Below the pieces are notes generated by a model. The model made no database searches. It was given only the letters and a program-made list of their open reading frames with translations, and was not told the origin of the DNA. Below are positions 10,281-20,164 of a stretch of 64,000 nucleotides of DNA, one piece after another; within the stretch, counting starts at the first letter, position 1; every line of letters begins with the position of its first letter. The DNA is taken from IMG/VR virus record IMGVR_UViG_3300027759_000043. One strand, written 5' to 3'. The position numbers and the translations under genes are program-made. The DNA comes from a virus (taxonomy: Duplodnaviria; Caudoviricetes).

Positions 10281-10928
10281 ATGTATAAAATAAACTCTCT
10301 GTGGTATTCTTCAGAACCACCAAATGGATTTTTTAGTGAACGACTGCAGGAGGTAGTGGATGTACATTATCAAAATCGTTATCGTTGGTATGTGTATAAC
10401 AATATTCCTCGCAAGCGTGTGATGATTGACGTTGGTGCCAACATTGGTATATTTGCTAGACCCAGTGCAGAGCAGTTTGAACGTGTGGTATGTTTTGAAC
10501 CAGTATTTAAAAACTTTGAAGTCTTGCAAAAAAATCTAGAAAATTACAGCAATGTAGAATTGCATAACTTGGGTCTTAGCGATCGAGATCAAACAGCAAC
10601 ATTTGAATTACAAACTCTCAAGTGTGGACACACCAAACAAGTGACAGAGTTTGTGCCCAATCCAGAGTTTGAACAGCACACTGGAGAGTTAACCACACTG
10701 GATCGATTCAATTTTCAAGACATTGACTGGATCAAAATTGATGTTGAAGGTTTTGAAAATGCAGTGCTAGAAGGAAGTCGTGAAACTATAAAGCGCAATA
10801 GACCTTGGTTGTTGATTGAGGACAACGGTCAACAAGACCAACACAGACAGTGGCTCAATGATTTGTGCGGCCCATATGAGGCAGCACCAGTCAAGAGCAA
10901 GAGTAATACGATATGGATACCATTATGA
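10281..10928 (+). CDS. FkbM-family methyltransferase
   Basis: IDVGANIG, FEP, WIKIDVEGFE. Confidence 0.9.
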   Translation: MYKINSLWYSSEPPNGFFSERLQEVVDVHYQNRYRWYVYNNIPRKRVMIDVGANIGIFARPSAEQFERVVCFEPVFKNFEVLQKNLENYSNVELHNLGLSDRDQTATFELQTLKCGHTKQVTEFVPNPEFEQHTGELTTLDRFNFQDIDWIKIDVEGFENAVLEGSRETIKRNRPWLLIEDNGQQDQHRQWLNDLCGPYEAAPVKSKSNTIWIPL

Positions 10929-11641
10929 AGCATTTACCGTATGAACGACAAGGTTTTAGTCAAAATGCCGAGACCGGAATCATTGAATACATGTTGGCAG
11001 GTATCGCAAACCCGAAAAAAACTTTTGTAGAGATTGGGTTTGGTGATGGAACACAAAATATGACTCTGGATTTGCTACATCAAGGCTATTGCGGTGTTGG
11101 CATAGACGGATGGGACTGGGATCCATCTGTGACTGAGAGATGGCCGGATCAATTGATCAAAATACAACGAATGATTTCCCCCGGAGATGTTGCACAATAC
11201 ATTCCAGAACAATACTGGCAACCAGACTTTTTTAGTCTAGACATTGACAGTTTTGATTATGAAGTAGCATCAACTCTATTGCAATCGGGATTCCGCCCGG
11301 CCACAGTATGTTGCGAGATTAACAAGAATTTTGGTAACAACTGGGCTAGTTTTCCTTATGTTGAAAACCCAATAAAAAAAGTTACATACAATAGAAAATT
11401 TCATTATGGCTGTTCATTATCAAAGTACAAAGATTTGTGGTCACAGTATGGTTATGAGTTTTTTACATTTGACACCAGAGCCGTGAATGCATTTTGGTTC
11501 CATCCAGAACAAGTTAGCATAAATTTAGATGTTCCTAGAAATCAAACACTTGATGAGATAGATACTGCTATTATAAAACAACAAATTGCCGACCATCAAT
11601 ATTGGAACAATAAACAAAACGAAATCTACCAAACAATATGA
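10925..11641 (+). CDS. Class I SAM methyltransferase-like protein
   Basis: SQNAETGII, VEIGFGDG, SLDIDSFDY; ATGA overlap with the upstream stop. Confidence 0.65.
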   Translation: MKHLPYERQGFSQNAETGIIEYMLAGIANPKKTFVEIGFGDGTQNMTLDLLHQGYCGVGIDGWDWDPSVTERWPDQLIKIQRMISPGDVAQYIPEQYWQPDFFSLDIDSFDYEVASTLLQSGFRPATVCCEINKNFGNNWASFPYVENPIKKVTYNRKFHYGCSLSKYKDLWSQYGYEFFTFDTRAVNAFWFHPEQVSINLDVPRNQTLDEIDTAIIKQQIADHQYWNNKQNEIYQTI

Positions 11642-12465
11642 AATACGCAGTACTAACAACATTTCACGCTGCCGGCTATGAAAAATATGCCAGTCGCATG
11701 ATTAATACATTTTTACAAAACTGGCCAGCGGAAGTTGACCTGTATGTTTACACAGAAGATTGCACTATCACGCAGTCAGCGCCTAATCTACATGTGAGAG
11801 ACTTACACGCAGTGAGTCCGGAAATTGTGGCATTCAAGCAACGCTGGGGGTCGGACCCTAGAGCACGTGGTATGGTTGCCACAGGTCCTGTGGATCGTAA
11901 AGGCAAAGCACCAGGAATAGGTTTTCGTTGGGACGCCATACGCTTTAGCCACAAAGCATACTCAGTTGTTCATTGTGCGGCAAATTGTTCAGCAGATGTA
12001 TTATTTTGGATGGATGCGGACATGGTATGCCACACACCTATCTCCACAGAATTTATCAACAGCCAAATGCCGTCAAAAATTGGCCTAGCATATCTAGGCC
12101 GTGAAAAAAAGTTTACTGAATGTGGTCTATACGGAATGAACTTGCAGGATCCTATAACCCGAACATGGTTGAAAGAATTTCAACTGGCATATGATTCTGG
12201 TAGATTAATGACCATGAGTGAATGGAACGACTGTTGGGTGTTTGATGAAACACGCAAAGAAGTGCAAGCCGCTAACCCTGCCTGGCGTCAACTCAACTGG
12301 TCAGCAGGCCTAATCAAAGGCGAAGGGCATCCGCTAATTAACACTGCCTGGGGTGCGTATCTAGATCATCTCAAAGGCAAGCGAAAAGACACTGGGCGCA
12401 GTAATGCTAAAGATCTAATACGTCCCAGAACTGAAAGTTACTGGTCTTCTTCTGTAGTTTCCTGA
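11638..12465 (+). CDS. GT-A fold glycosyltransferase
   Basis: RFSHK, WMDAD (DxD), ECG, DHLKG. Confidence 0.7.
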   Translation: MKYAVLTTFHAAGYEKYASRMINTFLQNWPAEVDLYVYTEDCTITQSAPNLHVRDLHAVSPEIVAFKQRWGSDPRARGMVATGPVDRKGKAPGIGFRWDAIRFSHKAYSVVHCAANCSADVLFWMDADMVCHTPISTEFINSQMPSKIGLAYLGREKKFTECGLYGMNLQDPITRTWLKEFQLAYDSGRLMTMSEWNDCWVFDETRKEVQAANPAWRQLNWSAGLIKGEGHPLINTAWGAYLDHLKGKRKDTGRSNAKDLIRPRTESYWSSSVVS

Positions 12466-13172
12466 CTGTATTCCGCTTTGGAATGTTTAGCCTTGTAGTG
12501 TATCAGGTGTTCGCCCATTACTGTGTGCGGTAGTGGTGTTTTGTAAGGTTTAGTAAATCCATGACAAAGGTCATTCACCCGACATTGTTTGACCACTCCG
12601 AGCGCGGCACCAAAAACATCATTGTCATAAAATCTACGCAAGTCAGCATGGTCTCTTTTGTGATACCTTCTAATATATTCTGTTCTAAATGTTTTAAATT
12701 GCCAATGGCGGGTGTTCACGGCAAAAATTCCAGTTTCGGGCACCAGCCAGTTGCCTGTATTTCCTGCTTTGTCGGAAGTATAAGTCACTCCCATGTACAT
12801 GGACAAGCAACCAGATTTCAATATTTTTTCTAATATTTCCATCGGTAAGTCTTTGACAGTGACAACATCAGCATCCATCCAAAAAATCCAATCTGCTTCT
12901 GAATGCATGAGGGCATGCATAAAACTATAGGCCTTCTTGGCAAACTTTTTTTGACTTTGAGTTAACCCAGGCTCTTGTTGAAATTTTTCATAATCGGGAT
13001 CCAACTCGGAAAAATCTATTTGCTTAATACGGTTGTGCTCGGGTAAAACAAATTCTTCTACGTAGCAGGTTAATTTTAATTCCTCAGGCCAATATTTAAG
13101 AAAACTTTCCACACTATCTCGACCAATAAGATCATAATAGTTCTGGTTAAAACTTGTTATAACTTGTATCAT
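12438..13172 (-). CDS. GT-A fold glycosyltransferase (paralog of 11638..12465)
   Basis: KFAKK, WMDAD, ETG, HYKAK; start reassigned to MIQVITS (ATGA overlap). Confidence 0.7.
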   Translation of the reverse strand: MIQVITSFNQNYYDLIGRDSVESFLKYWPEELKLTCYVEEFVLPEHNRIKQIDFSELDPDYEKFQQEPGLTQSQKKFAKKAYSFMHALMHSEADWIFWMDADVVTVKDLPMEILEKILKSGCLSMYMGVTYTSDKAGNTGNWLVPETGIFAVNTRHWQFKTFRTEYIRRYHKRDHADLRRFYDNDVFGAALGVVKQCRVNDLCHGFTKPYKTPLPHTVMGEHLIHYKAKHSKAEYSQETTEEDQ

Positions 13173-14134
13173 TTTTTTGCCCATTTTTTCATATGCGCCC
13201 AGCATGCGCCGGATTGTAGTTCTTCGTGACTCCAGTGAAACTGTGCAATACGTTGTATCCATGACTCTCGATCAGGAGTGTGTGGTTTTTCAATTCTGTT
13301 GAGCCCAGATCCTGCTATGTCTCGTGCTTGGCTGCGATCTGGATCAGTCACAAACACTGGTATACCTTCAATGGCAGCAGCCACAGCAGGACTGGAATTA
13401 TGATTAACCACAGCCCAACAATTTTTAAAATCATGCATGAGAGTGCTGCCAGTTTTACTAAGATGCACATTTAACAATCTACGGCCAATACACAATTTAA
13501 GCAAACGCTCACAGTATTTTATTGCCCGTTTGTCCCCAGGATGGGGGCGTATTCTAATGGGACGATCGGTATATTTTCTTATCTCTGCAATGGTTTTTAC
13601 AGCCCAATCGATCACGTCCCAACCAGCCATACTCCATCCGCCGTCGCGTTGCAAGCACAACAATATATGGTCTCCTTGTGTGCGCCAGGGTTCTAACTGT
13701 ACACCTGTCTGTGCCTGTATAGTTTGCCACCGTTCAGGATCAGGAGCCTGATCACAGTATTCTCCGGTGTTGGGAAACACACCATCATAACTGTAGCGCA
13801 ACCAGTAACCAGGATTGTTGGTGTCTCTGTACAGGAACAAATTTGAATCAGCAATCACAGTTCGACCATTGTTGGCACATTGCCCGTCCACAATGTTTTG
13901 TCTCAATTGTAAATGTGCGGCTGTTTTTCCATGCTCGTGTACCCAGCCCAATATAACAGCCACTTCACTGGGTTGATACACTAGATCATCAGATATGATC
14001 CCATCATCATCGCAGGCGTTTACACCTTGGATAAAATATCTCAGGGTATTGCTCTTGTCTTGTGCCTTTTGCAAAGACTCTGCGGTGTATTGATCCTTTT
14101 TGGGCAAGGTAGCCAAATAACTTGTAACTTTCAT
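13169..14134 (-). CDS. KpsS/KpsC-like glycosyltransferase
   Basis: LQR..G, IRPHPG, NHNSSPAVAAAIEGIP, IAQFHW. Confidence 0.55.
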   Translation of the reverse strand: MKVTSYLATLPKKDQYTAESLQKAQDKSNTLRYFIQGVNACDDDGIISDDLVYQPSEVAVILGWVHEHGKTAAHLQLRQNIVDGQCANNGRTVIADSNLFLYRDTNNPGYWLRYSYDGVFPNTGEYCDQAPDPERWQTIQAQTGVQLEPWRTQGDHILLCLQRDGGWSMAGWDVIDWAVKTIAEIRKYTDRPIRIRPHPGDKRAIKYCERLLKLCIGRRLLNVHLSKTGSTLMHDFKNCWAVVNHNSSPAVAAAIEGIPVFVTDPDRSQARDIAGSGLNRIEKPHTPDRESWIQRIAQFHWSHEELQSGACWAHMKKWAKK

Positions 14135-14940
14135 TCTTGCATCATCCTAAATGCTGTGCCATTTTGCAGTTCCTTCACATGATACTGTCCATAGGCCATG
14201 CTGTGACACCAAGCATCTAATCGATCTCGATCGGACCAAACAGGATTTTCAATACTGTCTAGAGACGTGTTGGCCACTGGTGCTGCCACATGAGTCGGAG
14301 CCAGAACAAATGCAGGTACTCCTGCAAATATACTCTCCACAGCAGCCACACTGTTGAATGTGACCAAAGCGTGTACATCATTGACTAGTTCTTGACTCAA
14401 TGGCGCTGTGGCAACTCTATCTATGCGTTTGGGCGAACGTTGTCGCACCTCCACAGGCCGGTCTGTAAGTTGTTTTATTCTTGCCACAGTATCGTTTATC
14501 CATTGTGCTTGATCAATCCCGTAAAATCTACAAGGCTTTTCGTCAGGTGCCGCCACTATGATTCTTCGTCCGTGGCGTCGAGGTTGCAATGTGATTCCTA
14601 ACTTAGACCATCGATCTGCTGGACGAGGGCGAATTTCTTTGTGCTGTAAATCATTTTTTACTATCCTGTGATAGACTTTAATACCACGAGGATTAGTAGC
14701 AGTTGCATTGTTGCCTGCATAGCCTGAGTCTACATACCAAAAATCGTGACCGCCCTCCCAGCATCGGTGCATGATTTTGTGCTTGAGAATACCACGTAGT
14801 ACCAGTTTTTTATGATCTACTTCAACATCATAATGAAAGTCAAAGTAGTCACTGTCGGTGGGTTCCGCACCGGCACTGTGAGCCAACATATTGATATACT
14901 CGTCTTGATTGTTTTTGCTTAAAAAAAGAAAATCGGTCAT
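14131..14940 (-). CDS. KpsS/KpsC-like glycosyltransferase
   Basis: VDSGY, VRQRSP, TFNSVAAVESIFAGVP, MAYGQY. Confidence 0.55.
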   Translation of the reverse strand: MTDFLFLSKNNQDEYINMLAHSAGAEPTDSDYFDFHYDVEVDHKKLVLRGILKHKIMHRCWEGGHDFWYVDSGYAGNNATATNPRGIKVYHRIVKNDLQHKEIRPRPADRWSKLGITLQPRRHGRRIIVAAPDEKPCRFYGIDQAQWINDTVARIKQLTDRPVEVRQRSPKRIDRVATAPLSQELVNDVHALVTFNSVAAVESIFAGVPAFVLAPTHVAAPVANTSLDSIENPVWSDRDRLDAWCHSMAYGQYHVKELQNGTAFRMMQE

Positions 14941-15590
14941 TTTGTTACCTGTAAACTGCATTGTTGATGTTGACTGCGAAACAACGGAACAAACTCACGG
15001 TTGTGATTTACGATCCATTCTCCCAAGGCCTTAAATTCTCCTTGCGCCCAAAGATCGTATTGATTATAATCCGCCCAGGGATACATCTCGTCAAACACAA
15101 TCACAGTTCCGGGAATTATGCGATCGTTTAACAAAGTCAGTACGGTAAGAGCACTTGAATATAAATCCGAATCAATATGTAAAAAACAAATGTTGCCTGA
15201 ATTTTGTTCTAACCATGTGGGTATGGTATCATTGAACCAACCAGCAATCAATTCCACATTTGGTAAATTCACAAGTTCTTCTCCCTCAAGACTGAATTTA
15301 CCAGCCGGATGACTTGGCCCTTGTTGAGTGCTTTTTGTAAACCAGGGCTCTGGCAATCCTACAAAACTATCAAACCCCCAAACTCGTTGTTGAGAAAAAT
15401 ATTTGCCTATAAGTGATATAGTTTTTCCTTGCCATACACCAAATTCCATGACATGACCTGAAATTGTAGTAGATTTAAGTGCCCGCTGGAGGTGACGATT
15501 TCTTCTGGATTTTTTACTGGTATTTGATGATTCGGCTACAACAGCATCATGGAAACAATCTATAGTATAATTACTGCTGTTGATTATCAT
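14937..15590 (-). CDS. TylF/MycF-like O-methyltransferase
   Basis: EFGVWQG, GFDSFVGLP, GWFNDT, HIDSDLYSS, VFDE. Confidence 0.85.
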   Translation of the reverse strand: MIINSSNYTIDCFHDAVVAESSNTSKKSRRNRHLQRALKSTTISGHVMEFGVWQGKTISLIGKYFSQQRVWGFDSFVGLPEPWFTKSTQQGPSHPAGKFSLEGEELVNLPNVELIAGWFNDTIPTWLEQNSGNICFLHIDSDLYSSALTVLTLLNDRIIPGTVIVFDEMYPWADYNQYDLWAQGEFKALGEWIVNHNREFVPLFRSQHQQCSLQVTK

Positions 15591-16273
15591 AATTTATTTC
15601 TTTGCAAACAGTAGTCGGCCAAGAGATGTTCTCGATGCCACTCGTCTGCCATTGGCGTAGTAGCAAACTCATGAAAGCAAGGTGTGCCCAGTGTGTAATG
15701 CAATAACTTAGCATCTGTATTTGGCCCGTATTCATCAGGCAACCAGTTCCACGCTCGGGGCAACTCACCAATACGATCATCATCTAGCCATGTGAAGCGA
15801 TGCAGGAAACTGCCTAAGGATTGTTGAACAAAGTCGGGGGTGAGTTTCCGATTAGGAAAACTATTGCAGTTCCACAAGATAACACTGGACCAATTTTTTC
15901 GAGGATAATTTTCATTTGGTGATCCTAGATATTTTTCTGTCATTCGAGTTTGATAATCATGCTTGACCACCATCACGTCTTTGTCTAATTCTCTCAGGTC
16001 CCAAAGTTTTGTAATGTCATCACGCACGATCATATCACCATCTATAAAAATAGCCCATCCAGTGTACTCCATCAAATGTGGCACAAGAAAGCGACTGTAG
16101 ATAAACTGGTTACTACCATCAGTGTGTGTTTCTTTATAGTCATCAAACAAGTTTAGTGCCAATGGAATGACAGCAACAGGCTCCGATGCGTGTCGTATGA
16201 TTGAGTTGGCGCACACATGATATGCTACTGCTTCTCTTGGATCGTATCCGATAAAAACTGGAATTGGTTTCAC
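15587..16273 (-). CDS. GT8-like glycosyltransferase
   Basis: IGYD.RE, FIDGD, NWSSVILWN, LHYTLGTP; start reassigned to GTG 16273. Confidence 0.8.
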   Translation of the reverse strand: MKPIPVFIGYDPREAVAYHVCANSIIRHASEPVAVIPLALNLFDDYKETHTDGSNQFIYSRFLVPHLMEYTGWAIFIDGDMIVRDDITKLWDLRELDKDVMVVKHDYQTRMTEKYLGSPNENYPRKNWSSVILWNCNSFPNRKLTPDFVQQSLGSFLHRFTWLDDDRIGELPRAWNWLPDEYGPNTDAKLLHYTLGTPCFHEFATTPMADEWHREHLLADYCLQRNKL

Positions 16274-16310
16274 ATCGATATTTATAGGCATATATAACGG
16301 TAAATACAAA

Positions 16311-16904
16311 ATGGAACATTTTTATCAAGACATCAACGGCTTTATGAGTCACAAAAACACAGTGATGCTTGATATAGTGTTGGATCAGTTTCCTGAATCG
16401 GGCACCTGGGTTGAACTAGGATCCTGGACCGGACGCAGTGCGGCATACTGTGTGGTTGAATTGCTCAATAGAGAAAAGTTGGGTGAATTTTATTGTGTGG
16501 ACAGTTGGAAAGGTGAGGCTGATATAGCATATGATCCTGATACTGTGCAAGACCTTAAAAAGATTTTTAGACAAAATGTAAAACCAGTCATCAAACATAT
16601 TACCATGCTAAACATGATGAGTTGGAATGCCGCTAAAAAGTTTGAAAATGATTCTGTAGACTTTTGCTATGTAGATGCAGGACACAGTTATGAAGCAGTG
16701 ACCAAAGACCTCGAAGCATGGTGGCCAAAAATGCGACCAGGTGCTATGTTTGGCGGGGACGATTATACCAAAGGATATCCAGGAGTACAACAGGCAGTTT
16801 GGGACTTTTTTGGCCCACAAGATATAAAAGTACGCAGGGCCGGACGTTGCTGGTTGGTAACAAAATCAAACACACAACAGCAAACTGATTTAAATACCTT
16901 ATGA
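16311..16904 (+). CDS. Class I SAM methyltransferase (Methyltransf_24-like)
   Basis: VELGSWTGRS, YVDAGHSY, GGDDY. Confidence 0.85.
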   Translation: MEHFYQDINGFMSHKNTVMLDIVLDQFPESGTWVELGSWTGRSAAYCVVELLNREKLGEFYCVDSWKGEADIAYDPDTVQDLKKIFRQNVKPVIKHITMLNMMSWNAAKKFENDSVDFCYVDAGHSYEAVTKDLEAWWPKMRPGAMFGGDDYTKGYPGVQQAVWDFFGPQDIKVRRAGRCWLVTKSNTQQQTDLNTL

Positions 16905-17539
16905 ACAAATCCTGGTTAGAACACTATCGTAGTGAATACTATGAATTATTGAGCCCCGAAGTTAGTGGAGCAAAAAGACTACTAGTAGAGGGCATTTACA
17001 AACGAGCCATTGGCTTTGACATCATGTTTCGTTTGTTGTTAAATCAACGCAGAGAAAACTTTTCTATTGTTGAAACTGGCACCTTGCGCACACCGGGCAA
17101 CTGGAAAGATGGGCAAAGTGCCGCACTGTTTACAGAGTTTGTAGACTGGCACGGGGGTCAGATGCGTAGTGTAGACATTGATCCAGAAGCAGTGGCGGCC
17201 GCACGTGGACATATAACCAGCGATCGATTTAGTGTGGTATGCAGTGATAGTGTGGCCTGGTTAGAATCCTTAAATGATCGAGATCAAGTGGATCTCTACT
17301 ACTTAGACTCCTGGGATGTCAAATGGGACAACGATACAGACAGTGCTGATCATCATTTGAAAGAATTTCAAGCAATTGAATCTTATTTGAAACCAGGTTG
17401 TGTGGTGGCCATAGATGACAATAGTCGTTGGTATGCTAACAACCGCCGCACAGGTAAAGGGCGTGCCGTTGTAGAATATCTTGAAGCAAAGAATCACTTG
17501 CCCATCTACGATGAATATCAAATTATATTTCAATTCTAA
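16901..17539 (+). CDS. Class I SAM methyltransferase-like protein
   Basis: VETGT, SVDID, YLDSWD, AIDD. Confidence 0.75.
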   Translation: MNKSWLEHYRSEYYELLSPEVSGAKRLLVEGIYKRAIGFDIMFRLLLNQRRENFSIVETGTLRTPGNWKDGQSAALFTEFVDWHGGQMRSVDIDPEAVAAARGHITSDRFSVVCSDSVAWLESLNDRDQVDLYYLDSWDVKWDNDTDSADHHLKEFQAIESYLKPGCVVAIDDNSRWYANNRRTGKGRAVVEYLEAKNHLPIYDEYQIIFQF

Positions 17540-18330
17540 TGGTTATAGATACATTTTTATTCAATGACGAGTTTGACATGCTGGATATACATCTAGCAAT
17601 TACCAGTCACTATGCAGATCGTTGGATAGTGCTAGAAGCCAGCAGAACATTTAGCGGTATACCCAAGCCCTACAATTTGTCTGACAATCTAGCCCGGTAT
17701 CAAGACAAATACGGGGATAGTATTCAAGTAGTCACACTGGAATTAAATGAAGATCAAACCAACTTGATCTGTGAAACCATGATGCGACAAGGATTACAAT
17801 CTGCAATTGAACAATACAGCGCAGATGATATTGTCATACACGGCGACCTTGATGAGATTATAGATCCCACAAAATGGTCTGCCATTGTTGATCTCATGAA
17901 CACACACGATCGTCCGGTCACCTGTGGATTTGAAATGTACATGTACCGATTTGATCAAAAGGCTGATCGGAACTGGAAAGGCAGTGTGGCGGCTAGAAAA
18001 CGTATGTTTGCCACACCACATGAGTTGTACAAAGGACAAAGTACCAAACGCAAAGATCGCAGTCATTGTGTGGGACTCAAAGAAGCAGTGGGTTGGCACT
18101 GGACCTGGATTGGCACAGATGAATTGGTAAAAAACAAAGCACGAAGTTGCATTGAGAGCCAACATAGAGATCCAGACCAAATACTTGAAGCATTTAAACG
18201 TCTAGACACTATTTCAGCAATCAATCACAAATGTACCACACGCACCATTAGTACCGCATACCCTGACGAAGTACAATCAATATTGAAAAACTATCCACAA
18301 TATTGGAATCATGCTCCGACGGCTAAATGA
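17539..18330 (+). CDS. GT17 (beta-1,4-GlcNAc transferase, MGAT3)-like glycosyltransferase
   Basis: FLFNDEFDML, LEASRTFSG.PKP, GDLDEI, GWHW. Confidence 0.8.
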   Translation: MVIDTFLFNDEFDMLDIHLAITSHYADRWIVLEASRTFSGIPKPYNLSDNLARYQDKYGDSIQVVTLELNEDQTNLICETMMRQGLQSAIEQYSADDIVIHGDLDEIIDPTKWSAIVDLMNTHDRPVTCGFEMYMYRFDQKADRNWKGSVAARKRMFATPHELYKGQSTKRKDRSHCVGLKEAVGWHWTWIGTDELVKNKARSCIESQHRDPDQILEAFKRLDTISAINHKCTTRTISTAYPDEVQSILKNYPQYWNHAPTAK

Positions 18331-19139
18331 AAACTCGTGCGCAACTGAAACAAGAGCATCGTGCGGCTAGAGAAGCATACCGTGCTGCCAAGCACCAAGA
18401 CACAACAATTGAAGTAGTTGACTACAACATGCCTGTAGATTGTGCCTGTGTCATACACGGTGATGTTTATAGTTGGCAGTACGTGGACACTCTTTACAGT
18501 ATGTTGAGTCGTAATCTGTCTAGACCAATCCGTATGCATGTATACACTGAACAACACCGAGAAGTGCCGCCACACATGATCAAACATGTGTTGACCGAAT
18601 GGCCGGGCATACGAGGAAGCAAAAAATCCTGGTGGTACAAAATGCAGTTGTTTAATACCGAACACCATTTGGGGCCGTTGCTTTATCTGGATCTTGACAC
18701 AGTGATAGTAAACAATCTAGACTGGATAACACAACTCGGTCTATCGCACTTGTGGACCATACGAGATTTCAAAACACTTTGGAACCCAAGATTTCAAGGC
18801 ATTAACTCCAGCGTAATGTATTGGCACACTGAAAAGTTTGCTAAAGTATGGGCAGAATTTAGTAAACAACATATTCCTAAATTATGCAGTCAATACCACG
18901 GTGATCAGGATTACCTGTCTGTGGTATTGAAACCTAATCAGCGACGCTTCTTTCCTGAAAAATCCGCCCTGAGTTGGCGTTGGCAAGCACTAGATGGCGG
19001 TATGAATCCGTACAATCGAATCCACCGACACCCAGGACAGGGCACACAATTTGGTGCAGAGACTAGCCTGCTCATTTTTCACGGACAACCCAAGCCCGAT
19101 CAAGTGACAGATCCTGTAATAAAAAATCACTGGTGTTAG
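18327..19139 (+). CDS. GT8-like glycosyltransferase
   Basis: WWYKMQLF, YLDLD, NSSVM, GDQDY, FHGQPKP. Confidence 0.75.
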   Translation: MKTRAQLKQEHRAAREAYRAAKHQDTTIEVVDYNMPVDCACVIHGDVYSWQYVDTLYSMLSRNLSRPIRMHVYTEQHREVPPHMIKHVLTEWPGIRGSKKSWWYKMQLFNTEHHLGPLLYLDLDTVIVNNLDWITQLGLSHLWTIRDFKTLWNPRFQGINSSVMYWHTEKFAKVWAEFSKQHIPKLCSQYHGDQDYLSVVLKPNQRRFFPEKSALSWRWQALDGGMNPYNRIHRHPGQGTQFGAETSLLIFHGQPKPDQVTDPVIKNHWC

Positions 19140-19168
19140 GCTAAATACATCAAAAGGGAGATACCAGC

Positions 19169-19717
19169 ATGGGTACAAAACAAGTTCAAATGGAATTCCA
19201 GGTCGCCGCAGATGACGGAGTATCAGCACAAGTAACTATCACTGCTGGAGGTACACAAGTGTTTTCTGGTGCGTTAGGACAAACTACTAATCCTCTTCCG
19301 GGTCAAGTTTATTTTGATTCAACCCCATTTAGTTTGGTTGAATTTGATCTAAATGTAGCAGATATGCCTAGTCCTTGGGGCACCCCTGGACCATATGGTC
19401 AATGGACAACGCCAGTTGATATAACTATCTTGGTCTCGGGCGGTAGTATTTGTTTACAGGAAACGGCGGCAAATTATAGTACCTATTTGGCCGAAATTAC
19501 TCCAGCAACTACCCCGCCTACATATCATACAGCGCCAGGCAATGCCACCATATTCTCTACACTACGGTATGACACTCAGCCAGTCTGGACTCCAACTGGT
19601 ACTGATGCTGGTAGACTCAACATCGCAGATAATGTTGCTACCGGACCGGGATCGTTGTTGCTGTTAGATAACGAATCAGTCGCTTATCAAGTGGCCATGA
19701 CATTGTACAGTGCTTAA
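19169..19717 (+). CDS. Hypothetical late (probable virion) protein
   Basis: TAAATA promoter plus SD GGAG; Thr/Gly/Pro-rich beta-type composition. Confidence 0.6.
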   Translation: MGTKQVQMEFQVAADDGVSAQVTITAGGTQVFSGALGQTTNPLPGQVYFDSTPFSLVEFDLNVADMPSPWGTPGPYGQWTTPVDITILVSGGSICLQETAANYSTYLAEITPATTPPTYHTAPGNATIFSTLRYDTQPVWTPTGTDAGRLNIADNVATGPGSLLLLDNESVAYQVAMTLYSA

Positions 19718-19761
19718 AAAGTAAACCCAAAGTATTATCAGTAAAAAGTACTACTTTTGTA

Positions 19762-19790
19762 ATAACCCTGCTGTGTGCAGGGTTATCTCT
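19762..19790 (+). terminator. Intrinsic terminator
   Basis: ATAACCCTGC-tgtgt-GCAGGGTTAT. Confidence 0.7.
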
Positions 19791-19796
19791 TTGTAA

Positions 19797-19825
19797 TTGA
19801 CCAATAATCCGCAATTTGCTATAAT
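19797..19825 (+). promoter_or_regulatory. Early sigma70-type promoter
   Basis: TTGACC-N17-TATAAT. Confidence 0.85.
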
Positions 19826-19853
19826 ACGGCATAGAAACAAAAGGAAATTAAAA

Positions 19854-20075
19854 ATGACTCTAAATCAAAAAGCCGCACTTCAAACCCTTGCTATCATTGT
19901 AGCCATAGTAGGCGGATCTCTAGGTACAACTTATTTGTTATCTCTGCTAGGCCCACAGGCTCCGGCCATTGCAGGATGTGCATTATTGTTGAGCGTATTT
20001 GTATACATGACATTTGGCATAGTAAAGAACCGCTTGGAATATCAAGAAAAACTAGAAGAAATCAACAAAAAGTAA
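19854..20075 (+). CDS. Small two-TM membrane protein (early)
   Basis: SD AAGGA before ATG 19854; two hydrophobic segments. Confidence 0.7.
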   Translation: MTLNQKAALQTLAIIVAIVGGSLGTTYLLSLLGPQAPAIAGCALLLSVFVYMTFGIVKNRLEYQEKLEEINKK

Positions 20076-20089
20076 TACTTTTGTAGTAC

Positions 20090-20118
20090 TTGACCATTAA
20101 ATGGTCATTTGCTATAAT
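20090..20118 (+). promoter_or_regulatory. Early sigma70-type promoter
   Basis: TTGACC-N17-TATAAT, preceded by the palindrome AAAAGTAATACTTTT. Confidence 0.85.
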
Positions 20119-20164
20119 ATAAGCATAGACAGTTAATTTTAACCCGCACAAAAAGGAGCCAATT

